DNA of 64,000 nucleotides from an uncultured Planctomycetota bacterium (GCA_963777705.1 CAVZRT010000002.1:270575-334574), one strand, 5' to 3'. Positions 30,878-41,640 are shown, numbered from the stretch's first letter. The notes: generated by a model from the sequence alone, not told the origin. A program made the numbers and translations.

Positions 30878-33124
30878 TCACTTCTCCAGGGCGCTGCCGT
30901 TTTCGGGCACGACCGCGGGGACCGCCATGGCCTCGCGGGTCATCTTCGTTGCGTATTCCTCCAGCGAGGCCGTGTCGCCCGCCGAGGTGAGGTCGAACCC
31001 CGATTTCTCCGCGACCATGAGGCTGATCAGCAGGCCGAAAAGCCCCTGCGCCGAGGTGTCCGGGCCGTCGCCGTTGGACGAGTGGCCGTTGCCGCCCGCC
31101 ATGAACACGCGTTGCGGGACGAGCGGCTGGTTGCTGTTGGCCAGTTGATTGGCCACCTGCGTGAGCGCGTACAGGCGAGGGTCGGAGAACGACTGGATCT
31201 TGCGGAGCAGGACCGACGCCTCCGAGAGGCCGATCTGCGCGATCTTCGACGCCTCGCCCTTGCCGGCCAGGGTGCGTTGTTGCGCCTCGGCCTCGGCCGT
31301 GACGACGGCCTGCTCGGCCTGCTTCCTGGAGCGTTGCAGCTCGGCCTCGGCCGTGACGACCATCTGCTCGGCCTGCTTGCGGGCGCGGGCGAGGTCGGCC
31401 TCGGCCGCCTTGAGCGTCTTGGCCAGGTCGGCCTGCCCCTGGTTCTCGACGATCTGCACCTGCACCTTCGAGTTGGTCAACTGCGTCTGCATGTTGGCCT
31501 GCGCCTGCGCCTCGTTCAGCGTTTGCAGGGTCTCGGCGGCGGCCCGCTGGTGTTGATAGGTCTCGATCTGCTCGACCGACAGTTGCCTCTGGCGCAACTG
31601 TTCCAGCAACGTCTCGATCTTGCCGCCGGCCTCGGCCGTGTCGGGCTTGCCGATCAGCACGTCCACGCATTCGATGTCGAACTGGCGGAACCGGCTCGAC
31701 AGGGTTTCCAGCCCCTCGCGCTGGATGTCGTCGCGATCCTGCAACAGTTGCAGCATGGTCCTCTTGTGCGCCACGTCGCGGAAGAACGCCGAGAGCATGG
31801 GGTCGAGCGTCTGCGTGATCAGCTTCTTCACGTCGCCGAACCGCTGGATCACGTTCGGCGCCTTCTGATAGTCGATATGCACGACCACCGAGAGCGGCAA
31901 CGTGGGCTCATAGGCGTCCTTGGTGACGAGGTCGATCGACCGCAGGCTTTCGTCGTAGCGATGCGTCTCGGTGCGGCCGGTCACCCAGTGCAGGACGAAG
32001 TTGGTGGTGGGGACGTGGATGATGCTCCCTGCGTAGGGGTTGAAGGCGTATTTTCCGGGACCGAGGGGCCGTTCCAGCACGCCACGTTCGCCCTCGGCAA
32101 CGCGTTCGCCGTGGCGGAAGGCGGTGCCGGAGGTGTCCTGACCCATGCGGCCGTAGTAGCTGACGATCACCCCCACGTAGCCGATCGGCACCACGGTCTT
32201 CGGCACCATCTCCACGTTGGCGAACCAGCGGTTGATGAAGTACGTGCCGTCGGTCAGCGGGACGTATTGACGGCCGCGGTGTCCACCGGCGAGGAGGAAC
32301 GCCTCCGGGTCCTGATAGTTGTTGTGGAAGTATTTCTCGTTGCGCTCGTTGCCCACGGCCGGCGCGATGATCTCGCCCGGCGGGAGGCTTGGGCCGTCCT
32401 GCACGGTCACGATGCCGAGGCTGTCCACCGTGACCATGCGCTCGGGATTGATCGGGTCGGGCGCCTGGATCGGCGCGCCGATCAGGACGGGGCTGAACCC
32501 GTTGACTTGCTTCAATTCGTTCTGCCACCCGACCAGGGTTTCCAGCTCGCGGCGCCCCTGGAACTCCAGGCGATAGACGGCGTCCTCGGTGATCACCACG
32601 TAGAGCGCCAGGTTGATCGCGTACACGCCCTCGCGCAGGATCATGCGCTGACGGCCTCGCTGGCCCAAAACCGGCTCCCCCTCGTCGCCCTCGATCGCCC
32701 CATTGAGGAAGGCGCGGGCGTCCTGGAAGTTGTTGCAGTTGGCCACGCGGCCCAGGGTCTGGCTGGGCTGCAAGGGCTCGCCGTCCCGGGCGTACACGTA
32801 GCCGATCTTCCCTTGCGGGACCGTCACAAGATTGACCTTGTGGATGCGGTACTGCCACGAGAACAGGCCGAAATGCACGCCGCCGCGCAACAGGTCGGCC
32901 TGGAAGCCGGCCTCCCCGCCCATGGCCATGATCCGGCCTTCGGGCACCGATCCCCTGGGCGACCAGAGCTTCTCGACGATCCCCACCCGGTTGTTCGGGA
33001 TGTATCGCATGCCCGAGCCGACCACCACCGCGACGGCCAGGAGGGCGAGCCCAATCGCGACGAACACGAACGTGTCGCCGGGAAAGGCCGCGGCCAAGGG
33101 CAAGGGGGGGATCCCAACCACCAC
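30878..33124 (-). CDS. Flotillin-like SPFH/Band-7 domain protein with long coiled-coil region
   Basis: N-terminal TM (FVFVAIGLALLAVAVVVG). SPFH domain. Extended Ala/Glu/Gln-rich coiled coil (AEAELQRSRKQAEQAVVTAEAEAQQR) as in YqiK/flotillin. Confidence 0.75.
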   Translation of the reverse strand: MVVGIPPLPLAAAFPGDTFVFVAIGLALLAVAVVVGSGMRYIPNNRVGIVEKLWSPRGSVPEGRIMAMGGEAGFQADLLRGGVHFGLFSWQYRIHKVNLVTVPQGKIGYVYARDGEPLQPSQTLGRVANCNNFQDARAFLNGAIEGDEGEPVLGQRGRQRMILREGVYAINLALYVVITEDAVYRLEFQGRRELETLVGWQNELKQVNGFSPVLIGAPIQAPDPINPERMVTVDSLGIVTVQDGPSLPPGEIIAPAVGNERNEKYFHNNYQDPEAFLLAGGHRGRQYVPLTDGTYFINRWFANVEMVPKTVVPIGYVGVIVSYYGRMGQDTSGTAFRHGERVAEGERGVLERPLGPGKYAFNPYAGSIIHVPTTNFVLHWVTGRTETHRYDESLRSIDLVTKDAYEPTLPLSVVVHIDYQKAPNVIQRFGDVKKLITQTLDPMLSAFFRDVAHKRTMLQLLQDRDDIQREGLETLSSRFRQFDIECVDVLIGKPDTAEAGGKIETLLEQLRQRQLSVEQIETYQHQRAAAETLQTLNEAQAQANMQTQLTNSKVQVQIVENQGQADLAKTLKAAEADLARARKQAEQMVVTAEAELQRSRKQAEQAVVTAEAEAQQRTLAGKGEASKIAQIGLSEASVLLRKIQSFSDPRLYALTQVANQLANSNQPLVPQRVFMAGGNGHSSNGDGPDTSAQGLFGLLISLMVAEKSGFDLTSAGDTASLEEYATKMTREAMAVPAVVPENGSALEK

Positions 33125-33318
33125 GAGGCAAACATGTTACGACCCCGAAAATTCCCGGCGCCTTCGACGGGATGAGGCGCCGGATTGTTTTGCCAAACCC
33201 TCACGTCTTCCCTATTGTCACACGCGAAGATTCGACCCGCCAGCGAGATGTTCGCACGCCGGACCCGGCTATTGGAAGAATCCCGCCCAGGAAAACGGTG
33301 TCAGGAACCGTTTTCCGG

Positions 33319-33585
33319 TCAGGCGCTTTCTTCGGCCCTCTGGTAGCGGTCGCCTTCGCCGGTGAGTAGCCAGTGGGGGTGGACCTCGGTGATCTCGATG
33401 AAGCGAAGGATCACCATCGCCGGGATCGTGGCCCCACCCTCGTATTCCAGCCACATCCGGAACGGGATCTTGAGCGTGTTGGCCAGCAGCGGGCCGCCAT
33501 TCGTCCCGTACAGGTCCTCGCGGACCATCCGTATGCGCTGCGAGAGGACCGCCTTGAGGGACTGCCAATCGTACCCATGAGCCAT
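33319..33585 (-). CDS. Small helix-turn-helix transcriptional regulator (XRE/CI-like)
   Basis: 89-aa. [25 protein letters not shown] resembles the recognition-helix region and the conserved WLLTGEG tail of XRE/CI-family HTH proteins. An AT-rich promoter-like region with TATATAAAG lies immediately upstream. Confidence 0.5.
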   Translation of the reverse strand: MAHGYDWQSLKAVLSQRIRMVREDLYGTNGGPLLANTLKIPFRMWLEYEGGATIPAMVILRFIEITEVHPHWLLTGEGDRYQRAEESA

Positions 33586-33882
33586 GATTGGACTCACATT
33601 ATATAAAGGCACGCTATATATATGGAGCCGGTACCCGGCATGCACATGCCCGTAGGTTCATCCCAGGATGAATATACGAAGGCTGGCGGGCCCCGAGCCA
33701 TAACTTCGGCACTTATACACGGAATTTTCCAGGGATCGGGCACCGGGGATTGGCCAAATTTGGCCCCGACGGCTCGACGTTACGCGGTCCAAGGCGGCTC
33801 GGGGTTTGGACATGGTCGGCGGCAAGATCGTGCGAGTGTCGCGACGCACACGCGTGCGAGGGATTCCGGCTTGGGAAGGCCG

Positions 33883-33910
33883 GATTTTTATTGCGAAATT
33901 TCGCAAAAAT
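33883..33910. promoter_or_regulatory. Perfect 16-bp palindrome TTGCGAAATTTCGCAA (extended ATTTTTATTGCGAAATTTCGCAAAAATA) in the divergent intergenic region. Candidate operator.
   Basis: It sits in an AT-rich (about 45% GC) stretch between the HTH regulator gene (minus strand) and ORF 34068..34670 (plus strand). Confidence 0.35.
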
Positions 33911-34067
33911 AGGGAGGGAAAATTCTTGAGATAATTTCCGAGAAAGCTTGTCGCCGACGCGGACGGATCTCGGTTTTTAGCAGCGGAGACGACGAAGACC
34001 GAGAGATCTCCGAGCCGGGCCAGTGATCACGAGGACGATGATCTGACCTCAAAGTGTTCCAGCCGAG

Positions 34068-34670
34068 GTGATCGTGCTTCAAACTCCGCATGCCATCGAT
34101 GAATTTTCCGATCGGATTGAACGGGCCTATCTGTGTCACCGCTCGCAGTGGCGGCCCGTAAACCTGGACCCCCGCGTCTGGCAGGCGGCGGTGGGCGTGC
34201 TGGTGGAAGCCCACCGCATCGACCCCCGGGCGCCGCTGGACCCCGAGCTGTTCGTGGCGTGCGTGGCACGCGGCTCGATCGGCGGGGATCCCTGGACCGA
34301 CCTCACGCGTACCTCGTCTCTTCGCCGATACCTCTCCCGTGTCCGATCCATCCTCAGGCAGCTTCGCAAGGAAATTCGCGCCGAAATCCGTAGGATTCGC
34401 AAGCGGGTCCGCGGCGGCGAGACGCTGGAGTCGGTCCTCCTCGGCGCCTCGCAAATGACCACGGCCATCGCCCGCTATCTGGTTGCCATCCGAGAGGACC
34501 GCCCCGACCTCGCCGATCTCCTGCTGGACAGGGCGCAGGACCAACACTGGTGCTGCCCCCTGTATCGTGAAGCCACGCTCACCCTCTTCCCCGCCGGGAC
34601 CTATCCGGTCCCATCCCACGTGGTGGAAGATCGTTGGCTGCCGAAGTCCCCCGCCTTCAGCCTGAATTAG
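34068..34670 (+). CDS. Hypothetical protein (200 aa), no recognisable domain
   Basis: Intact ORF with coding-like GC3, downstream of the palindromic operator. Confidence 0.4.
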   Translation: MIVLQTPHAIDEFSDRIERAYLCHRSQWRPVNLDPRVWQAAVGVLVEAHRIDPRAPLDPELFVACVARGSIGGDPWTDLTRTSSLRRYLSRVRSILRQLRKEIRAEIRRIRKRVRGGETLESVLLGASQMTTAIARYLVAIREDRPDLADLLLDRAQDQHWCCPLYREATLTLFPAGTYPVPSHVVEDRWLPKSPAFSLN

Positions 34671-34731
34671 TGCCGTTTCATCAATTCCGTTTGCCTTTCA
34701 TCCGATCCTTCTTTCGTCAAGGAGAGAGCCA

Positions 34732-34929
34732 ATGTACGTCCGTCGCCGCATGACCAGCTTCCGCCCCGCCCTCGATATCCTCTCCAGCCGGATTGCCCCC
34801 ACCATCTTCGTCCCGATCGACCCGGTGTCGATGAGTTCGGGTGACACCCTGTCCAGCGAAACCACCGGCAACACCATGACGCAGACCATGCCCGCCGACG
34901 CCGACGAGATGGTGGGACCGAGCTACTGA
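34732..34929 (+). CDS. Small ORF (65 aa) with strong Shine-Dalgarno (AAGGAGAG-N6-ATG) and a Ser/Thr-rich acidic C-terminal half
   Basis: SD placement and composition. It is followed by a 360-bp AT-rich non-coding stretch with a short hairpin plus T-run (AACGCATCGGCGTTTTTTC). Confidence 0.3.
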   Translation: MYVRRRMTSFRPALDILSSRIAPTIFVPIDPVSMSSGDTLSSETTGNTMTQTMPADADEMVGPSY

Positions 34930-35296
34930 GCACCCTGGTTATAAGCCAAATTAAGCCGGTGAAGAAATATTTTTCTTAGTTTGGCAAACGCGAGCGTGCG
35001 TAGGCCATTTTGCCGCAGTATCGATCTAAGGATTGCACTCATCGAGATTTACAAAACTTGACGCCGGGGGGAAAGCTGGCACGTCTCGATCGTTTCGTTA
35101 AGTTAGGGTTTCTAACGAGCTTAACGCATCGGCGTTTTTTCTTTAATATTGAAAACTCGGTACTTCCGTCCCCACCCCCATAGGTTACAATGAGGCACGG
35201 GGGGCAGGTTGGCCGCACACATGTTGTTTTCCTAGATTCTTCTGCAAGAGCGACCAATCCCGGCCTCCCGCCGAACCTCGGGGGAGGGTCTTGCAC

Positions 35297-35897
35297 ATGT
35301 GTCAGCCGGCGGACTGGAGACGCGGGAGTTCGAACGACCTGTTTGCGCGTGCCCAAGCCGGCGATGAAGCCGCGTGGCGCGAGCTGTTTGATTCCTGTTA
35401 CCCCAAGATCCTGCGCCGTCCGGAGGAAGTTGAATTCCCCGGCCCTGCGATCGATCTACGAGTCGTCGGACTTCGTCGGCGACGTCTGGACGAGCCTGGT
35501 CGAGAAGCGGCACAAGTTCGACTTCCCCAACCTGGAAGCCTTGACGGCGTTCTTGAAGCTGGCCGCCGAGCGCAAGGTGATCGACGAGAGTCGTCGCCTC
35601 CACACCGACAAGAATGACGTGAACCGGAATCGCCCGATCGCGGGATTCGCGGGCGGGGGGGCCAACATGCCGTCCGACGAGCCCACGCCCAGCAAGTATG
35701 CCCAGGCGAGGGAAGCCCGCGAGTGGCTGATCGAAGGGCAGACGGGCGTCCCCCGTCACGTGGTCGAGTTGCGGGACCAGGGATTCGAGAACGAGGAGAT
35801 CGCCCACAGGACCGGCTGGAGCCTCCGGCAGGTCCAGCGCTTCCTCAAGAACCTCTCCGACTCCTGGAGGGCGCGAGGCCAGGGAGGGCTGCAATGA
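35297..35897 (+). CDS. ECF-type sigma-70 factor (frameshift near 35400-35430)
   Basis: Region 2 (DLFARAQAGDEAAWRELF...YPKI) and, in the second frame, SIYESSDFVGDVWTSLVEKRHKFD. Region 4 (VVELRDQGFENEEIAHRTGWSLRQVQRFL). Confidence 0.7.
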
Positions 35898-37395
35898 GCG
35901 AGGACAATTCCTCCCGATTCGGCCCGCCCGATCCGTCCACGCTGGCCATCCGGGCGTTGATCGCCGCGTGGGATCGCGGCGAGCGGCCCGACATCGATCG
36001 GCTGTGGAAGCATCACGACCCGCTGCGCAGCCTTGAGGTGCTGGCCTCCCTGATCAAGCAGGACCTGAAATGCCGGTTCTGCCGCGGCGAACGGCCCGCG
36101 GTGTCCGAATATCTCGACCTCTTCCCGGAGCTGCGGGACGGCGCCAGCGGGTGGTGAGCCTCGTCTACGAGGAGTACGTCCTCCGCGAGCAAGGGGGCGA
36201 CGCGCCCGATCCCGACTCGTTTTGCGATCGCTACGAGCCGTGGAGGGACTCGGTCGCGTCCCAGCTCCGCTTCCACCGCGAGCTGAGCCAGATCAGCGGC
36301 GCCTCGTCGATCGAGACCAAGTTCCCCGCGCCGGGGGACCTCTTCAGCACGTTCCGGCTCCGCTCGGTCCTGGGGCAAGGGGGGTCGGCGCGGGTCTATC
36401 TCGCCATGGACGAGCTGCTCGGCGATCGCCAGGTCGCGCTCAAGGTGTCGGCCGATCGCAGCGACGAGCCGACCATCCAGGGCCGGCTCGACCACGCGCA
36501 CATCGTGCCCGTGCTCTCGGTCTACACCGACATGCAGACCGGCCTGCGCGGCCTCTCCATGCCGTACCGCGAGGGGCTCCCGCTGGACAGGGCGATCAAG
36601 AAGATCAATCCCGCCTCGCGGCCCAAGCACGCTTCCGCCATCCGCGACGCCATCCGCCCGGAGCCCGGCGCCGCCGCTTCCGGCGCGGAGGAATGCAACG
36701 GCTGGGTCGGCTTCCCGTCGCGAGGCACCTACGCGGAAGGGGTGGCCTGGGTCGTGTCGGTCATCGCGCGGGCGTTGGCGTACGCGCACGGGAAGGACGT
36801 CCTGCATCGCGACGTGAAGCCGGCCAACCTCCTGCTCACCCACCGCGAGGGCCCGCAACTCCTCGACTTCAACCTCGCGCATTCGACGCAACTGGTCGAA
36901 CGCGCCGAGGAAGCGTTGCGGGGCGGCACCCTGCCGTACATGGCGCCCGAGCAGCTCGATGCATTCCGCGACCCCGAGATGTGGAAAGGCGTGGGGGCTG
37001 CGGCCGACATCTACTCGCTGGGGCTCCTGCTCCGCGAGATGCTGACCGGCAAGAAGCCCGACGCGCCCCGGCAGGACATCCCGCTGCCCTGGGCGATCCG
37101 CGACCTCATGGATCGCCGCCTCGCCAGCCTCGGCTCGGTGCGGACCCTGAATCCGGACGTCCCGCACGCCCTCGACGCCATCCTCCGACGCTGCCTGGCC
37201 AACCGGCCCGCCGACCGATACGGGACGGCGCATGACCTGGCCGAAGACCTCCGCCTGTTCGTCGAGCACCGCCCCCTGCGGTTCGCGGAGAACCCCTCGC
37301 GAGCCGAAAGGGCAAGAAACTGGTTCCAGCGCTCCGGGAAGGGGCTGCTCGATTGGCGCGGCGGTCTTGGCCTGATTGCGGGGTCGTTGTCTTGA
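35895..37395 (+). CDS. Serine/threonine protein kinase (frameshift near 36140), translationally coupled to the upstream ECF sigma
   Basis: ATG overlaps the sigma stop (ATGA). Kinase motifs VALK (VAIK-like), HRDVKPANLLL, DFNLA (DFG-like), and PYMAPE (APE). Confidence 0.8.
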
Positions 37396-37429
37396 CGTCC
37401 GGCCGGAGAAGACCCGGAAGTTCGTCCGC

Positions 37430-38349
37430 GTCATCGGATTCGGCGGGGCATGTGAATCGTTTCGAGGCGGGAAGAAATCCTGGAACATGGGCCGAATACC
37501 TGAAAGCCCGCAAGAATATCCCCTGCCCTTCTTCAGTGCCGAACTACTTCCGGGCACTCGCCACGGGCTCGAATACAGACAAGGGCATATCGAAGAGTCC
37601 TTCGCACGATTCCGCCAGGCGGCGCAGATGCATCGACAAGCAGGAGATCGAATTGCTCTACAGAGGGAATTTTCTTCCACGATTTCGCGGCCTTGCTCCT
37701 GGGGACAGGAGAAATGGCTTGAAGCCGCGGAAATGTACCAAAAGGCCATCGATGCTGACCGGCTTCGATGCACGCCGATTATAAAGGGCTCGCCACCTCC
37801 TCCGGGCGGCTTCATGATTACGACCGTGCCTCAGGGCCATCGACCAGGCCATCATCCTGGCCTCGAAGTCCGGAAAGTAACGCGGGCCTGGTCAGGATCG
37901 AGCAGATATCGCGTCCGCCGTGCCCAGTTCTGCTTGAACCAGGCGATCTCGCTCTCACGAACGACTGGATCTCGCAAGTCAGGATGGGACGGAAGCCGAG
38001 ACCTCTGGAGGAGAAACTCCGCCGGGCCCAGGAAGATATCAAGCAGGCACGTGAGTCGGCGGATTTCTTCGATGACGAGGAAAAATCCGGACCTGGAAAT
38101 GACCCAAGCTGGCCTGACTGCTCATCCTCGGCGATGCCGTCGGCCATCAACGGAGGACTTTCAACGAAGTCGATCAGCTTGTTCAATCAGGCACAGGCCG
38201 CCCTTGAGGCCATGCCTCGCACTTGGAGCGTCAGAGCAGAAACCGCGAATCGTGAAGAATCGACAGGGATCGACTCGGCAAGACGCTCTCAAGAAATAGA
38301 GCGATTCAAATATGATTGGCAAGTGGGATCGGAAGACCTTGAACGGTAA
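37430..38349 (+). pseudogene. Possible decayed TPR-like gene. Mid-GC (about 55%) stretch with fragmented ORFs.
   Basis: TPR-like helices (YRQGHIEESFARFRQAAQM; WLEAAEMYQKAIDAD) in one frame. A second frame has plausible coding text (LEEKLRRAQEDIKQARESADFFDDEE). There is no continuous ORF. Confidence 0.25.
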
Positions 38350-38402
38350 GATCACCGTCCCTGATTCGGGAAGCGTAAAAAAAGTCCGGCACTTCTCCCG
38401 GC

Positions 38403-39304
38403 CTACTGGCCCCGAGGGTGAAACCGCCGATGGACCTCGCGTAACCGGCTCATCTCGACCCGCGTGTAAATCTGCGTGGTGGCGATCGAGGCGTGGCCGA
38501 GGATCTCCTGGACTACTCGCAGGTCGGCGCCTCCGGCGAGCAGGTGCGTGGCGAAGCTGTGGCGCAGGGTGTGCGGCCCGATCGGCCCGGCTGCCGTGAG
38601 GCCCAGGCTTCTTGCGTGGACCGATACGATTCGCCATAGGCCCACTCGCGAGAGCGGTCGGCCCGACTTGGATACGAAAACTTCGCGGGTCTCGGGCCGT
38701 TTCATGATCAGGAACGGGCGATCGCGACTCAGGTAGAGCGACAGGGCCTCGCGGGCCTTGATCCCGAGCGGGACCACTCGCTGCTTGTCCCCTTTTCCCA
38801 CGCAACGCGCCGTCCCTCGCTTCAGGTCGAGGTCGGATTCTCCGAGCCCGACAACCTCCGAGGCCCGGCATCCGGTCGCGTAGAGCGTCTCCAGGGCCGC
38901 GCGATCGCGACGCCCGAGCCTGGTATCGGCGCTCGGGGCGGCCAAAAGCCGCTCCACCGATTGCGGGCTGAGGACCGTGGGGAGGCGATCCCAGACCGAC
39001 GGCGCCACCAGCAGCTTCGCCGTGTTCTCGGCGAGCTTGCCGTCGAAGATCAGGTAGCGGAAGTACGTCGAGAGGCTTGCCAGGTGGCGACCGATGCTCG
39101 GCGCCGCGAGGTTGCATCCTTTCAAATAATCGACGTAACCTTCCAGCGCGGCCACTTCCACCTTGGCCAGCGGGCCGGGGCGAACTGCTTGCGCCACCTT
39201 TGGAATCGGATCAGGTCCGAGCGGTAGGCCGCCAGGGTGTTGGGCGAGACGCCGCACTCGGCCATGAGGTAGTGGAGGAATCCGCCGATCGACTCGCTTT
39301 TCAT
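38403..39304 (-). CDS. Tyrosine site-specific recombinase, XerC/XerD family (frameshift near 39150-39200)
   Basis: N-terminal core-binding domain ([23 protein letters not shown]). Catalytic domain with R...[12 protein letters not shown]...[14 protein letters not shown] (R-H-R-Y residues). Confidence 0.8.
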
Positions 39305-39366
39305 CCGGCCATGCCCAGGAGGATGGGGGTCGTCCCATCCTCAAACATCGGCCGAACGCCGGGGAT

Positions 39367-40331
39367 TTACGACTCGAAGGCGAACTCGACCAACTTTTCC
39401 TCGGTCGCGACCGCTCGCAGCTTCTCCAGGGCGCGATCCTGGATCTGCCTCACGCGCTCCTTGGACACTTCCAGGACCTTGCCCACCTGGCTCAGCGAGA
39501 GCCGCTGCTTCCCGCCCAGGCCGTAGCGGAGTTCCAGGACCTGCTGCTCGCGAGGGCGAAGCACGTCCATCAGCCGGCCCACGGTCTCGTCCATTTCGAC
39601 GTCGCCGGTGCGGTCGCCTTCGGGGTCGCTCATCGTGTGCAGGAGGCTGAAATTCGAGTCGCTGTCGGAGGTTGCGTTCAGCGAGATCGTGGGGCGCGTG
39701 GCCGTGTGAATCCTCTGGATCATCTCGGCCGAGGCCGCGCCGGGCGGCGTGCGGCTGTCCCGCATGCTCCAGGGTTTCCTGATTCTGGGCAAGCTGGCGG
39801 AGGTGCCTGGGGCTGAGCCGGACGGGATACGGCGCCGGTCGCGACGGCGTGTTGCATCGACTGGCGAATCCACCAGGTGGCATAGGTGGCCAGCTTGGTC
39901 TCGCGGCCGAGGTCGAAGCGATCGATCGACTCCAGGAGGCCGCAGAACCCTTCCTGCAAGAGGTCGGAATAGGAAATCCCGCGATCGCGGAACCGCTTGG
40001 CCACGTGGGCCACCAGCCTCATGTTGGCGAGCGCGAGCCTGGATCGCAGCTCGGCGTAGCGTCGGGCGATCGCGCCCAGGCGTGCCTGCGTCTTGCCGTC
40101 GCCGTGGTAAAGCTGGGCGATCCACTGGGCGAGCGAAGGGGGATCGTCGGGCACGTCGCCGTCGGCCTTGGCGCCGCCCGGGAGCCTGGCCAGGGCCTCG
40201 GCCAGCTTCGCCTTGCATTCGGCCAGGGCGGTGAGGAGTTGGCGCTCTTCGACCGCGCCCAGGACCTGGGTATCCGCCTCGTCAAGGGTTTCCAGGCCGT
40301 CGGTGTCGCCGTTATGCCGCTGAGTACGCAT
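39367..40331 (-). CDS. RNA polymerase sigma-70 family factor (group 3/alternative; frameshift near 39750)
   Basis: Region 2 ([35 protein letters not shown]...[18 protein letters not shown]). Region 4 ([46 protein letters not shown]). Confidence 0.7.
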
Positions 40332-40333
40332 GA

Positions 40334-41281
40334 TTAATCCTCATCGGTCGATGTTGAGGGAGAGGGAAGCGTGGATTCGGTGGCGGTCGCCTGGCGATCC
40401 GTCGCCGGCATGAGACGGCGGGCGAATTCCGCCAGGTGGGCCATCCGGTCGCCGAAGCTGGCCGCAACCAGCCGTGCCCGCAGCTCGGGAGACAGGGCGA
40501 GGCCTCCCAGGCACACCGCGGTGCCCGTGGAGGACGTGGCGGCGAAGAACACGCGGTAATCGTGGAGGAATTTCTCCACGCTGATCACGTGGTTGATCGA
40601 GAGCCAGACCAGTCGAGGGCGATGCACATGCACCGCGTTGGCGAGCGATTCCAGCGGTAGATTCGGCCCCATGTTCATCACGTCCCAGCCCAGCTCTCGC
40701 AGCGTGAGCTCGCAAAGCAGGCCGGGGAGCGTCGACAGGTCGCCTTCGGGCGTGGCACCGATCGCCAGCGCGATTGCAGGCCGCGAATTCGCCGCGCTCA
40801 CGCGCCCGATCAGGTCCATCAAGGCGGCTTCGACGATCCGGCTGGCGCGATGTTCCTGATAGATGTCCAGCGCGCCCTCCTGCCATTTCTCGCCGATGCG
40901 TTCCATCGCGGGCCGGATCAGGTCGTCGGCGAGCTGGGGAGCCTGCCGCACTTGAGCATAAGCCGAGCCGATCAACGTCCTGGCTTCCGCCGATCGGCCC
41001 GTCTCCAACGCCCGGAAGAGGGCCTCCACGGACTCGTCGCCCGAAGTCGGATGGGCGGGTGCATCCACCTCCAGCAGCATTTGCAGCCTGGCATGGGGCA
41101 GGGCCTGCTCGCGGGCGAAACGCAGCGCCTCGCCCAGCGAAATGAGACGATGCTTGCCCACGGTCCGCGCGGCGGCGAGCGACCCCGAATCCACCCACCG
41201 CTTGATCGTGCTCACGCTCACGCCCATCGCCTGCGCCACTTGCTGGGTCTTCAGGAGCGAGTTAAGGGGCATGAGGACCAT
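40334..41281 (-). CDS. MerR-family transcriptional regulator with C-terminal cobalamin (B12)-binding domain (CarH/LitR-like)
   Basis: N-terminal MerR HTH (VAQAMGVSVSTIKRWVDSGSL). C-terminal B12-binding domain, including the Rossmann-like part of the B12 domain (RPAIALAIGATPEGDLSTLPGLLCELTLRELGWDV). Confidence 0.75.
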   Translation of the reverse strand: MVLMPLNSLLKTQQVAQAMGVSVSTIKRWVDSGSLAAARTVGKHRLISLGEALRFAREQALPHARLQMLLEVDAPAHPTSGDESVEALFRALETGRSAEARTLIGSAYAQVRQAPQLADDLIRPAMERIGEKWQEGALDIYQEHRASRIVEAALMDLIGRVSAANSRPAIALAIGATPEGDLSTLPGLLCELTLRELGWDVMNMGPNLPLESLANAVHVHRPRLVWLSINHVISVEKFLHDYRVFFAATSSTGTAVCLGGLALSPELRARLVAASFGDRMAHLAEFARRLMPATDRQATATESTLPSPSTSTDED

Positions 41282-41640
41282 CCTTTCCTACCCATGAGCG
41301 ATTTGAACGATTTCCATCCTAGCCAATCGTCTGCCGAATGCGAGGAAAATTTGTAATTTCCTGGAAAATAGCGCCGATTCCGGTCGATTTCTCGTCGAGA
41401 CGGCGACCCGCCCCTTTCCCGGATCGCAACCGCACTGGACGTTTTGAACGATTTTCAGGATCAATCCCTCAATTTCACTGTCCATTTTACGGCGGATCCG
41501 GTCGGTTAGTTCAAGGATTTCTGAGAATTCAGAAAGAATTGAGCAAAAAGCCGAGCGCGACTGGGCATGGTCAGGCGAAGGCGGGTTTGCTAGGGTTGGG
41601 CTTCGAGATCCGACGTGGGTTGCGAAGGGGGTGGACGTCG

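Noticed and set aside
41338-41640. N-terminal 100 aa of ORF 41338..42063 preceding the pyrE start
   Set aside because: Orotate phosphoribosyltransferase homology begins at MSGWDRGRLIELL (41641). The upstream in-frame stretch is intergenic read-through.
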